From Moniliella sp. 'wahieum' (lineage: Eukaryota): 64,000 nt of DNA. The notes under the pieces are model-generated. The model had not been told where the DNA came from. It saw only the letters and a list, made by a program, of their open reading frames with translations, and did no database searches. The translations under genes and the position numbers were made by a program. How positions within the stretch are numbered: the stretch's first letter is position 1; each line of letters opens with the position of its first letter. The DNA lies in the NCBI GenBank assembly GCA_003971905.1, contig RSEE01000086.1, forward strand, positions 124,001-188,000, given 5' to 3'. Positions 35,614 through 47,963 of this stretch are shown here, piece by piece.

Positions 35614-38600
35614 GTTGGCTCAGATGAACAAAAGCCTCAGATAGGGAGCACAAAGGGGAAAATGTCGCCCTGGCGACCAAAGCGTACGTGTCAGCTGGGC
35701 GGGCGCGCAGGCGCGCCTGGAGCGCCTCACAAGCGCCGGCGTGAAAGGTGCAAACACGTACTGCTACCAATTGGTACCTCAGCTGGTGCACCACCACCTT
35801 CGCAACGTCTCGTCGCCAAAAGAACCTCTCGTCCAGTGCGGCGTGGTCCGCAGTGGCAGGGGCGAGGCGCAGTCGGCTCGGCACGTCCGAGCCTTAGTCG
35901 TGGTGAACTGACGCGAGCGGCTGGGGCGGCTGGCGGGTCGCAAACCAGCTGACAGAGCTGCCAGAAATCTGGCGTGGTTGGTAGAGATGGTGGGTCTAAA
36001 GCACAAGGCGTAGCTGGGCTTGGGCGCGCGCTCTACTCAATTGTGGAAATTAATCGATTATCGACGCGTCTTTTCGAAATTCTGCCAATTCTGGGATGCA
36101 TTCCCCCAATTTTAGGATTCCGCTGCCAGTTTGGGGGCAGTGTAGCATTTTTCTCGCTACAGCCAACGGAAAGATCACAATGACATGTCCTAGTTTGGAG
36201 CTCGAGCCTCCTCTGGCCTTGTCCTCCTTGAACCAATACATCGTGTGGTCGATTCTCTCTGAGAAATGAGGGAGATTGTCAGATAGGAAGAGAGGGGCAC
36301 TGCTATCCATGCTACAGCATATTGCGGTCAAGGCCTAAGATACAGGGAATACGCACATCATGCATCATGCATCACGCGTGATCGACTCCAACGGCGTCCA
36401 CGCCTTTATCGCAGAAATTGGCATTATCTTTTGGTGCAAGTTAGGCTTGAATTGAGCCTCTGGTGGATTGCTAAGAGTCCGGCGTTAACCTAGGGGACTG
36501 GGTACAGGAACAGTCACTGATTGCCGCCATAATTGGGTCTGGGTACAAACGCGTTTATAGGATGGCCATCTCGGCACAGGGCCAGTGAGGCGCACACACA
36601 GGAGAAAATGGAGGGCGGAACAGGGGCAGTGTCACAGGCTTTGCCCGCTGGCACGATATCTACAGCGCGGAAGCCAGTCGAACCGAGGCGAACTAGTGGG
36701 GGGCCCTGGTCCAGCTGAGGACCGCAATCATTAATCAACACTCAACTCGCTCAACTCGCCCAACCCCCCTTAGCCAAGGAACCCAGAGAAACATCGCTTT
36801 ACGCTTCAGCCTCTTGTGAAGCATGAAGCTCGAAGCTTGCAGGTCAATCTGTTGCCACGTGGGTAGGGTTAATAGGACTTGGGTGGCAGCTGAGCCGAGG
36901 AGGTGATGAGAACTGGAGCCCTATACTGAGTACTGACGTGCCGCGAGGGCGATGCAACCGTCAAATACCTGTGATGGTGGTGGTAGTGGTGGTGGTGGTG
37001 CTCTAATCCAACGAACGACACCTGCAGTACTATCGATCAACCAGTCGCCTCCGGGCCTGACTGCGAAGAAGAGAACATATACGCGAGAAGAACTATAGGC
37101 CTGAAGAGGGACTCAAGGCAAAAATGATCCCGGTTACCCAGCGACGTCCTAAGTGCAGTTGTGCAGTGGTAGAGAGAAGTCAGGAGCGGGTTGAACGTTG
37201 AACCCAGACTGAGGATGATCGATGATCGATGAGATCTGAGAAGGAGAAGGGGGAGCGGCACAAGGCCAGAGGATAGCGATACTGGCGTGGTGCCCGGATG
37301 TGTAAGGGGCCTCGGAGGTAGTTGGCCATTAGATCTTAGATCTCTTAAACCCCTGGTGTTGTCAACAGAAGGGACTTTCGTCAAACGCACTACAATCACC
37401 CTATGGCGAAATCCGGAGCTCCTAGACCTGATGAGAGAGTGAAGGGACTTTGTCCAACCATGCACACTCTCCGTGGCTCAACCATATGGCCCAAGTATAG
37501 TTATGCGCAGCCTATAATAGTTGCTGCGGTCTAAAAGGCAGCGCCCTCTAAAATGTAGCTCTTCAGTCTTGCGGCACGTGTGACGCTACACTGGCGTAGT
37601 GGCGCCGGTAGCCCAAGTCCGGAACCTTCTGGTTTGTTCCGTGCAATATTCCTTCCTGGCGGGCAGGAGAATTCTCCAGCCTCTGTAGCTCATGTGCAAT
37701 GCAATACGCTACCAACTGCCTGCTCTCTGGTCTATAATAGCACGGTATATATAGCGCTCAGGCCTCCTAGTACGATACCGACTGCCTTCGAACAAGGCGT
37801 CAATAAGGCACAGTGGTGAGCCCGGTGAGCCCATCGGCATTCAAGCTTCGAGCTTGAAGCACACGATGAGGGTGACTGTTGGTGAAAGAATTGGAAGCAG
37901 TTGAGAGAAGGTGACCGGTGACCGGTGATGCAGCAGCCTGGGAGCCGAATCCTTCCGCCCAAATACGCAAGCGCCACGCCTGTGTGGTGTACTGCCGGAT
38001 TCACTTGATCGATGATCGGTGACCACTGATGATAGGTGACCGGTGACTCATTAATATAGGGTCCCTGTAGGGTAACCCTAGCAAGGTTATGCCCTCTCGC
38101 ATATCGGCATCTTTTTTCGCCACGTTTCCCTTGAGCGTTTCAGCATTCCTACAGGGAGTATGGAAGCAGCGGGTTATTGCTTCGTTGATGGATTTTTAAA
38201 AGAGCGGAGGGAGGAGATGATCTCCTCCGATCCCCGGATCGTAGATTCGTGGGAAATGGAAAATGCGAAAGACTAGTAGTCACTCCCTTTTTTGAAATAC
38301 AAGTCGCCGGTCACCGTGACCGCAATCGTCTGAACACAAGGCCATTAATAATCTACGGGGGAACAAGAATGTCGTGGGTTACGTACGCGTATTTCCTCGT
38401 GATGCGTGACACGTCCGTCTAACCCTAAACGGCTTTGAGAGGCCATTCGGGTTCGGGTTGGTCCCTTCCCCAGTTTTGCCGTGAGCGTCAGGATGCAGAG
38501 CGCTTCGGATGAGATAGTATTTGCCAATGATTTGGCGGGATTCTCTCTTCATGTGATACTGGCCTCTGGTCTAGATTCTTAGCGCTGTATCTTTCTTCAA

Positions 38601-39761
38601 AAATGCCCCTTCTCAAGTTATGAGCCCTATATTTCACCTCGCCCTACGAGCAGTAACGCTTAACGCTCGCGTTTCTCTTGGCCCCTCAAGCACATATTAG
38701 CGCAGACATATCGCACTCTTCTTATGGGGAATGAAGTCGCGATGGCGCTCAAAAGCGATGCAATCGCACAAGTGGTGTGGCGATGTTGATAGGTAGCGGT
38801 GATGATGTATGGCGATCATCGACACCTGCACAGGCATGTCAGGCGCGACTACTCTCAGGCCTGCAGTGACTACCTGGTCTGAAGAGGGGCGGAAGAAGTC
38901 TTAGAATGTGACACAAGTAACACAAGGCAGCACCTTAGCTACACACTTCCATTGAACCCAATTTTGACCATTCTACATAGGGGTTTGAGCAATAATTATC
39001 CGGGAATCACTGGGACATACCAAAAAGCGAAAAGATGTGATCAACTTTTCGACCCCCAGGTATTCAGGCTGTAAAGAGCACAGAATAGGACGGTTGCCAA
39101 CTGCGGGAGGAGCAATGGAGAAGCATAATGGAGAGATAAACAGATGGAATCATAAAATTAAATGGAGGAGAATAAACAGAGAGAATTATAAGGGTTAGCC
39201 AGGGCTAAGATTGTGGCATAAAAGCCTCCTGACTCTGAGCAAATGATTCGCCCTCTTTGCTTCTAATGCATCCTTTTAAGTTAATCATACGGAGTAAGTC
39301 TTGATATAAAGGCAGCCAAGGACTTGCAAATTGTAGGGGAAATAGTGCAAGCTGTGATCTGCTGCGAGACCCTGCGAAGTAGATCCCGCGCGACAACACG
39401 CGCCGGGATACTGTTACGAGAACCACGGAGGGTGATATACGATTCCACCTGCATTAAACACAGTAATATCAACAGCCACGGTCGCGCTTCGCCCTCTCTA
39501 GCATATGGGGGAACGTGTAAGCACCTCCCAAACCTATATGTATGAAAGAGATGCATGTCTGAATGGCGGGAGCCAGACTATACCCTGTCCATTTTTGGAA
39601 ATTGGATTTGTCATCTATATTGAACAAGCATGAGCTGTCGGCATACTCCGGCTGAGAGTGCGAGGCTACGGTATATGCGAGAAAAGAGTTTCGTATGACC
39701 TATCCCCCTCTTTCAAGGATATATCATATATGCCTTCAGCACAGTTCCATATCAACCTCAC

Positions 39762-40587
39762 TGTCATGGGGCGAGCCCCGAGACGGAGCTCGACCCCGGA
39801 ATTTAGGGGTGAAAGCCCTTGGACATGGCATTAGAGTTACGTACGTTAGGTCCTGCTTCAGATCCTGGTTGAACCGAGCGGGTGTAGAGGCAGGGAGAGA
39901 CCCTCTAGTTTGGGTGGCTGCCTGCGTGCAAAGGCCGCAGCTCAGACCCTCCGAGGTAGGAGCCGTGTTCGCAAGTCGTAAGACCAATTGAAGGGGTCCA
40001 GGATCTCCGGAGTTAATCCGTTCCTCGCGGCGTTACCACGCTTGGCACGCTATAGTTGGCGGGAACAGACAGAGTCCTAAAGAAGAGCAAGTGCTACCGA
40101 TAGTAACCGCGACTTGCAGAGTACTCGACGTAAGTCGTAAATTCGTAAGCGTATAAGGGTGAAGAGTGAAGAGTGAAGTCGGGAGTATAGACGAGGTTGA
40201 CAAGGGGGAAGGTGAAAGGTTGGGCGGTGAGGATCACCGCCAGCAAGCCTCTGACCGGGCTGCTTTTATATCGTAACATCAGAACAGGCATCAACAGAAG
40301 GAAGGGGAATCTACAGTAGTAAAAGGCAAAGGGCGGCCTGTTCTGCCCAGACTGCGATCCGGTGGGCCGCAGTCGATGTGGAGTTCTAACAAGACCGGAT
40401 GCCGCGGATACGAAGCTTCGTACCGTTAAGTCCGGTCCTCTCCTGGCTCTCCGCGGAAAACATCCGCGGCAAGTGGTCCGTGCTGGCTCTTATTCACAAG
40501 AGTCGTGGGAATGGCGTGTGCGTCGATGAGGGTTCTACGACATGCGGAGCTCGGTGTCCGGAGAGATGACCGGAGCGCCCCATAACA
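39762..40587 (-). mobile_element. Solo LTR (826 bp) with 5-bp TSD CTCAC
   Basis: CTCAC (39757-61) TGTCATGGGGCG ... CGCCCCATAACA CTCAC (40588-92); 11/12 terminal inverted repeat, TG..CA ends; TATAAAA on minus strand at ~40264-40270. Confidence 0.88.
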
Positions 40588-41962
40588 CTCACTATATAGG
40601 GCTCAACTGGGCAAGTATCCCTTCACTGGGGCTCAACTGGGTAAGTATCACTAGTCAAGCAGAGGGATGGCAACTCATATAATGAACGAAGCCCTTTCTC
40701 GCTTCTACCCTACGTTTTTTGTCCTCTTCCCCAAGGTACCGCGGAGGGCTCCTGAGGCACTTGGCAGCCATCATATTGACCCAACGACCCGGATCTGGCC
40801 GAATTTGGCTATAATGTTTCAATGTGTCACCGCCGGTGGAAGCCGGTTTCGCCTCAAATGCAGAACATCACCTATTGATCACCGGTTTTCTCGAGTGGGT
40901 ACAAAAAGGCACACATCGACCCAACGAACGGTAAATGCTGAATTCGGTGAGCGATGTGTAATGTCTGGGGTTCTGGTTGTAGCTGAGGCTACGGCTGTGC
41001 CCAGAAGGGCCTTAATCAGAACCAATCTCCATAAAGCACCGCTATGGCGAATAGTCGCCGGAAATTTAAAAATTGTATTGTGAAAGATTGAAATGCAGGA
41101 ATCCCGATTTGGACAAATGGGTGAGAGGGCAGTGGGCAGTGCTACGGTTCTACGGTTCAACGTTCAAGGCACGAAAGCAACGCGGCGAGCCACAAGTCTT
41201 TTCAAGCGCGTGTGGCTAAAGGGAAAGGAAGGAAACAGAAGACAGAGGAGGGAGATGGAGCGAGCAAGGAATGCTTGAGGGAGCATAGCCTGCAAGTGGA
41301 ACCCGATAAGCAAGTATCACCATCAATCACAACTGATGAGAGTCGTGCTGGGGAACCCTAGCAGAAAACCCTCTCACAATAGGCTGCCCATGTTGTGACT
41401 CTCTGAGGTGTGCACATAATTATGTGATCAATCAGGTGCTATCGTCCCATGTGGCATGTGATCTGTCCATACATACGGTTCTTCTGCCCGATAGATCGTC
41501 GAAGATAGTGGGGCTAAAGAGGCGGATCATGCATCGTGCATCATGCTAGACGGTAGTGCTAGGTTTCTCCTGCACTCTCTATAATTGATCGGTGACGCTC
41601 GCTGTGCTTCGAATGACTCGCCCCTTTTAATACGCGGGTTTTGCGCAACCCTTTTGTCTGTTCCCACTTGCTTGACTGGCTGTTGTCTTCTGCCCTTCAG
41701 CTTGCTTGAAGAACTTGTGGCTGACTGCCCTGCCTTCTGCACGCCTTGAAGGTGTGCCTCTGCTGTCATTGTTCTTGTGTTGTCCTTCGCAATAGAACAG
41801 ATCCTAATGACGCTCGAGAAGACGTGAGACCACATAATTAGGGTATCGAATTATTGCCTGGAAAGTGTGCGTACGGGACAGAACGATCACGGCTAACGTG
41901 CGTGCAGTGTTACATAGGACTTGTCGCAAGGATGTCGCACATGTAGAGGCAATGACAGAGGG

Positions 41963-42433
41963 TGTAACGGTGTGGCCTCCCGGGCGATGACAACCTCGCC
42001 CGACGGGGGGGCACAAAGGGGAGCCAGCCCTCTGGCTCGTCAGGCAAGGGGACCAGTCGTAGGCCCGAAGCGCGCGCGAGCTTCGCACCAGAGAGACGTC
42101 CTCCCTACTGCCTTCCTAGCGATAGCGTTCCTAAGCTGAGTCCTGGAGAAGGCGGCGCTGAGGGTGGACGTAGGACAAGACGATTGGTCGCTTGCCTCCA
42201 TGCATTCTTAGTACAGAGCGGGTCTTTATATAGCAGGCAAAGGCCCGCAAGTCGTACAATAGGCAAGCGGCCTAACTGTGGTCTGTTGGAGACCACGCGG
42301 CTGATAGCTCCCGCCGATCCGCACGCGCGGAACATCGGCGATCGAACTGATTAGAAGCCAAGAGCGTACGATAAGCAGCGGCGGCGCCAACGGAAATATT
42401 TCCGGTGGCTGAGCTGCGCATCGCCCCGTGACA
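41963..42433 (-). mobile_element. Solo LTR (471 bp) with 5-bp TSD GAGGG
   Basis: GAGGG (41958-62) TGTAACGG ... CCGTGACA GAGGG (42434-38); 7/8 terminal inverted repeat; TATAAA on minus strand at ~42225-42230. Confidence 0.8.
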
Positions 42434-43002
42434 GAGGGCGTGACAGGTCCTGAACGCGACCTGAACCTAACTTTCGTAGGATCGCCACGGGATCCCTTTT
42501 CTGAGGAGACCGGATGCTGGAGATGGAGAGGCGGTTGTGGTTCCCCGGTCGGATGGAGACTGGAAGACCAAGAGGCGGTCGTTGGAAGCTGTGGTCGGTG
42601 GGACCGAAGTGGGGAGAGCTAGGGAAAAAATGTTGCCTGGTGAGTGAAGAATAGTGGCTCGCAAAAGAATGTTTCGACACAAAGATGGAAACGAAAAGAA
42701 GACGAAAGTAGGAATATGAAATGACCCGCTAATACTCAGGGGGAAAGAACATATATAATGGATGAAGGGTCATGCAGACCGAATATATATGGACTAGACA
42801 ACACAAAGAAGAACGGGGGGCAATAAATCAAGGCCAATGGCCTTCAGACAATAAGAGCCCAGACCAAGTTGGGAGAGCTTCCCACACTCTCAGCCAGGAA
42901 AACAAAATTAGAAACAAAAATGAGACCCAACAAAAAAGGGTGCTATGGTTATATCCGACCTCAATCACTGGGGAAGAGAAAAGCACCAGGGAAGAGACTC
43001 GC

Positions 43003-43189
43003 TGTTGTGACGGTAACTGGCTTCACCGATCGCAGTGCACTTTTCCGGCCTCACTAGCTCCGAGGCTCTCTGTGTGCTCTGAAGACTGATCTCTTGCCCG
43101 CAATCGATCACCTACGCTACTGTGTCCTAAACGCTTCCGCATCTATTGTGTGCTCTCTCCACAGCCGGGTGGACCAGGACGTCGCTACA
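43003..43189 (+). repeat. 5' LTR (187 bp, lacks an internal segment present in the 3' LTR)
   Basis: TGTTGTGACGGTAACTGGCTTCACCGATCGC...GGGTGGACCAGGACGTCGCTACA aligns to 47691-47963. Confidence 0.9.
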
Positions 43190-46100
43190 TGATTAATTGG
43201 GGGCGAGGCTCGTTTCCAAAGCTTTCCCCAATGTCTTCCTCTGTGATGACAGTGCCACTGTTTGACAAAACGTCTTGTCTTCCTCTAATGACAATTATTG
43301 GAGATCGTCACCTGCAGACTACATTATCAATGGTCAAATCAAAACAGAGTTGTCAACAGAGGAGATGAGGGCTTATACAGAGGCCAGGGACGAGCCAACT
43401 CTGCTCCGCTCTCTCGGTTTGCCCCGGCCAGGAGCAGCCGCCGGACTCCCACCGAAGCGACGAGACGTGTCTAGGCTCTCACTGACAGACGTACAAGGTG
43501 GATTGGGTTCGCCACAGCTGCTCCACGAGCACCACATTACTTGTGGTCCCTCTCTTGAAGATGCCTACAGCACTTTTGACAAGTGCGGCCTTGAAAACAC
43601 TAGCGGTGCCCCAGGGGCTCTTTCGAACGAGAACTCCATGACTTACGCTCCGCTGTTAGGTCGCTGTACAGATGGGCAACCGCGACCGTCACCCTCAGAG
43701 TGCGCGAACTACAGCTCCAAAACGGAATGGGACGATCCCTCACCCTCCCTACTTGAATTTGCGTCGTCGATCAACAGTTCGAGCGCAATCCGTTTACTAC
43801 CAAAGACCGCGCGTGGGGCCACGCCGTTAGGGTCTGACGGACCGCAATGTCAGGCTTTTGCCAATACATAGAGCCGAAGAATGGTATCACCTTATCACCT
43901 GCCGAACCTGGTCGAAACGGATATCCTGCACTGCGTTCTGACGACAAAACCCAAGCAGGCAACAATATTCGTGCGGCGACTGATGTGTTTTACCCAACGA
44001 AGCTCGCCCCAAAACGTGGGATACCGGGATTAGGGCAGTCGACGGGCAGTGGTGCCTACAGGGACTGAGAGAGGCCAATGTTAGTAGTGTCAGTGACCCC
44101 TGGGCTGGCGTGTTCCCTCTTGATCCCCAGTACGCAGTGTAACCGCGCTCCGTCTGCTGGGTCACACCAACCGTGGGGTCAAGGCAAAAAACCGGCTAGC
44201 ATCAGGAAACCGCCGGCAGGCTAGACAGCAGGCAGCAACAACCGCGAGGGCAGACCTTGCCGCCTTCATTTCGCTAAGGCCGGGCTGCCTAAATGCAGGC
44301 AGGAATGACCATATCGATCTCCCATTCTCCCTGTTGCAGTCCGGTGGTGGTGAATGACCGCGTAATGCACGCTCTTCGTGCGCATTCCAACTTAATAGTT
44401 CCTCAGGTCGAAGCCGTTGTCTGTTCCTACCACCGATGGATGAACCCTGACTCGGGGGCGAGTGTCAATGTGATCGCGCTATCTTGGTGCACCGGCCCAC
44501 AGGCATCCACCTCGAACAATCCCGGTCCTTCCCTTATCGACCGTCAATCCACTCTCCAGTTCTACGATTGGCCTTGCCGTTTTCCCCATAATACACCTGT
44601 GAGCCCGCGTTTGGACGATCGTGGCCCATACAGCTGATCATCCACAGGTAAGCCTGCTCCTGGCATGGCCGCTCCTGAAGGATATCGGCGGCGACCTCTT
44701 CTCCACGTGCGATGCGCTCTCGATCCGAAACAAACTGATCCCATTCTGCAAAGCTTCTCCAGATCCTGCGGAGAATGCCCTCGCCACTGCAGCAACCATA
44801 CCCACCGTATCCAAGCAATTAAAATATTGGAGGAAGACAGAGGATCTGAGTATCAACATCGGCGTGCTAAGTATCCCTTTGACTTAATGGAATCTCTCCA
44901 TCTTCGTATACATACCTCGGGAACGGCACAGCGGAGCACGAACACGGACAGGTTGTCCGACAACTGAAGAAATATCCCGTGTACGCGCGAATGCTCAAAA
45001 GTAAGCTCCGCCACCCGTACTGTCCCGTGTCATCTGTCCCCTTCGATAGGCTCCAGACGCGCAACCTATCCGTGAGACAACGCGGCCAATGTCGTCTGCA
45101 GAAAAGGAGGCAATGGAGAAAATGTCTCGATTTGGTTAGAAGAAACCGGCATCGTTGAACCCGCCGCAGGCAACGGGACTTTCCGCTATTCGGTCTCCTC
45201 GACGAAGAACAAAACTTTCGGATGGTATTAGATTCCCGCGGCCCGAACGCGTGAAAGGCTCCGCCACGTCAGGGCGCGTGTACCTGACGTCCTCCAATTC
45301 TGTGGCCCGGCTGAACGTCTAAGCTCCATTGATCTTCGTGGATACCACCCCCAAAAATTCCGCTCTCTCGGGAGGATAGGCCATTCTTCGCATCCAACGC
45401 CGGCCCCGGCTGTGGGCCGCGTCCAATTGACGCGGTTAACACAAGGGTCCTCAGTGGCCCCTGCCGTTTCCGATGCAATTCTCGAACAGATGTTACGCCC
45501 AGTGTCGGACATTGCAGTATGCTTCGCTGACAAAACATTCTCATTCGTATAGCATGGAAGATTTTGACAACGCCATGTTGCATGTGTTTGACAGAGTTAT
45601 GTCTGTGTTAAACAAAGCGGAGATATCGCTTAACCTCTGGACAAATCAGTGTTGTGGGGGTGGACGAAGCACTGTCCCAGTCCTTGGTCATCTGTGGTTC
45701 CGCGGGGAGGTGAGGCCGACTCAAACGCACCTGAATCATACTAAATGTTTGCGCTGGGGAGTCCTGACACCGTACCCAAGCTGCGGCACATGACTGTGGC
45801 AGTACACACCCTGATTGCGTTTATATCCCTTCTATCATGCCGCGCCTTGCCATATGCCATCGGAATATAGGAGTCGCGCGCGCGAAAACCAGCATGGAAT
45901 GAAGAGAGTGGGCAAAGATGTGGGAACAAAGACACTACACAGTCACACAAGATGTGGGTCTTACAACCCTCGTCCGGCTGAACGATGCCCGATCTGATAC
46001 GCCTCAGAATTGGGGTGAGGTGCTGTTCTCCTTCTTTTAAAAGAAAGAGGACACTGCTCCACAGTCATGACGGTGTCCCGCACTGGAAGTGGTGCCGAAG

Positions 46101-47690
46101 GGAAATTACCATCGACGCATCGCGACGCCACGGCGCCCGCACGCGCGGTCTCAAACTGCGTCCCTGGCTTGCCAACGATCCGAACCTCACCCTGCAGAGT
46201 GATAACGGGGCCGTCACCGCTATTATACTTCATCACCATCCTGACGCGGCATCGGGCGACCACCTCGCCAAGACAGCTCTAACCCTCTTGCATATGGGCG
46301 CATACGAGAGGGGGAGATACAGCATGTTCCTGGAGCCAAGAATGCCCTCGCGGATTTTACGCTGCTCTGGCCGTCGACTGAGGTGGGGCTCGAGGCATCA
46401 GAACAAGATAGGCTGCGCTGGCGACTCGATATATCGCATGATCTTCCTCCAAGCATACCACGACTTAGAAGCCCACATCCATCAGGCGTGCAGGGCATTT
46501 CAGCAATGAGGGGGAGGTCGAGAGGCTCCAACGTCCGAAGCGGCACCGGCCACGGCGACGCTGCCCCAAAACATGCGACAAGGGGAAAGACTACCGCGAG
46601 TGGACTCACCGCACAGAAGTTCGCGCCTTATCCCACGAGATATGGTGTCGATAGTTCTTCCCGCTAATGGAACGGAAGCCTATCGGCCGCTTTACCCGAG
46701 CTTGCCAGGTTTGTGCCCCAAAGGCACTGCATCGTCCACCCCCGGACTCGGAAGGCGAGCGCGCGCCGGCAGGTGTTGGGCAGCACCTTTTTGTGGACCA
46801 CGCGCATGTTGGAGGGGACATTCAAAAAGCAGCGAGAAGATGTTCCTTGTCGTTGTGGACCAGGCCACCGGTTTCCTTCGAGCGGGTGCATGCGTGACCA
46901 AGTCAGCCGCACAGAAAACACAGGACTTCTCAACTCGCTCTGGTTCCGAAGTCAAGGTCCTCGCGCATTTTGTTGATGGCGGACAACGACGCTGTCTTCC
47001 ACTCGCATGGATTCATCAGCGCACTTGGTCAACGGGGGGTCCAGCTCCCGCATTCCTCGCCGTATCACCCCAAGGCAACGCTCTGGTTGAAGCAGCGGTC
47101 AAAAAGGCGCTTGAAAGCGGGTCTAGAAAAAGCGCTGCGTGTGACGAGCGGAACTCAATATTCCTCCGCCCAGCAGGGTGGCCGTTTCTGCTGGAATGGG
47201 TACTAGTATAGTGTACGCTACAACAGCAAAACTACCACGATGTCATTGTGCAGCCCCATGCGAAGGCTATGGTCGCATGCTCAACTCCCCCGCCGATATC
47301 GTTGGGGGGCGCTCGCCTCCAAGACATGCTGGACCCGGAAGGCCCTGCTCAGATAACCCGCAAGCGGCTCTTCTATCAGAACAGACACACACCCCAAGTA
47401 CTAGCAAATCCTTTTCCCGATAGGATCCGCGGTCACCGGTCAATCCGTTGCTACCTGCGCCGAATCATCACGTCACGACCTTATGTGGTGCGTTGGCAAG
47501 GCCCTCTTCAGGTGGCCGCGCGGGTGGGCCAGCTCTCAGCGACCGTCTCGCCGACCTAAACGGCGACACTGTCGCAGAAGCCCTGTACGGGAAATAACTC
47601 GAGCCAGTGCCTCAGGACACCATCGAGACTGACATCAGAGTTTTGGTTACATAGCTGAGGCTGTGATGGTGTCTTCTTGGAGGGGAGGTC

Positions 47691-47963
47691 TGTTCCGACG
47701 GTGACTGGCTTCACCGATCGCGGTGCACTTCCGGCCTCACTACTAGCTTCGAGGCTCCCCGGGATCCGAAGACTGTGATGCGCTCGTATACACCCCCAAG
47801 CCACAACGGCTGGTAGCCTTCTCCTGTAGCCCTCGCTCTCGTCCTGCTTTTTATACCACAAACGCCCCCTCTCCCCCGCAAACGACCACCGACGCTACTG
47901 TCCCAAATACTTCAGCATCCATTGCGGTCTCTCTATAGCCGGGTGGACCAGGATGTCGCTTCA
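47691..47963 (+). repeat. 3' LTR (273 bp)
   Basis: TGTTCCGACGGTGACTGGCTTCACCGATCGC...GGGTGGACCAGGATGTCGCTTCA, preceded by a polypurine tract. Confidence 0.9.

Larger units (their letters stand above)
43003..47963 (+). mobile_element. Full-length degenerate Ty3/gypsy LTR retrotransposon (gag?-PR-RT-RH-IN)
   Basis: Paired LTRs; protease DSGASVNVI (~44450); RT FRMVLD, SIDLRGYH, LTQGSSVAPA, FAD, VLGH (45200-45700); RNase H TIDAS (~46110); integrase FLVVVD, ADN, SPYHPQGNALVE (46840-47090); WQGP module (~47495); polypurine tract ggaggggagg before the 3' LTR; imperfect 4-bp TSD TCGC/TCAC. Confidence 0.92.

Noticed and set aside
40581..40601. CATAACACTCACTATATAGGG resembles a T7 promoter
   Set aside because: Several mismatches; explained by the solo-LTR end (CATAACA) plus its TSD (CTCAC).
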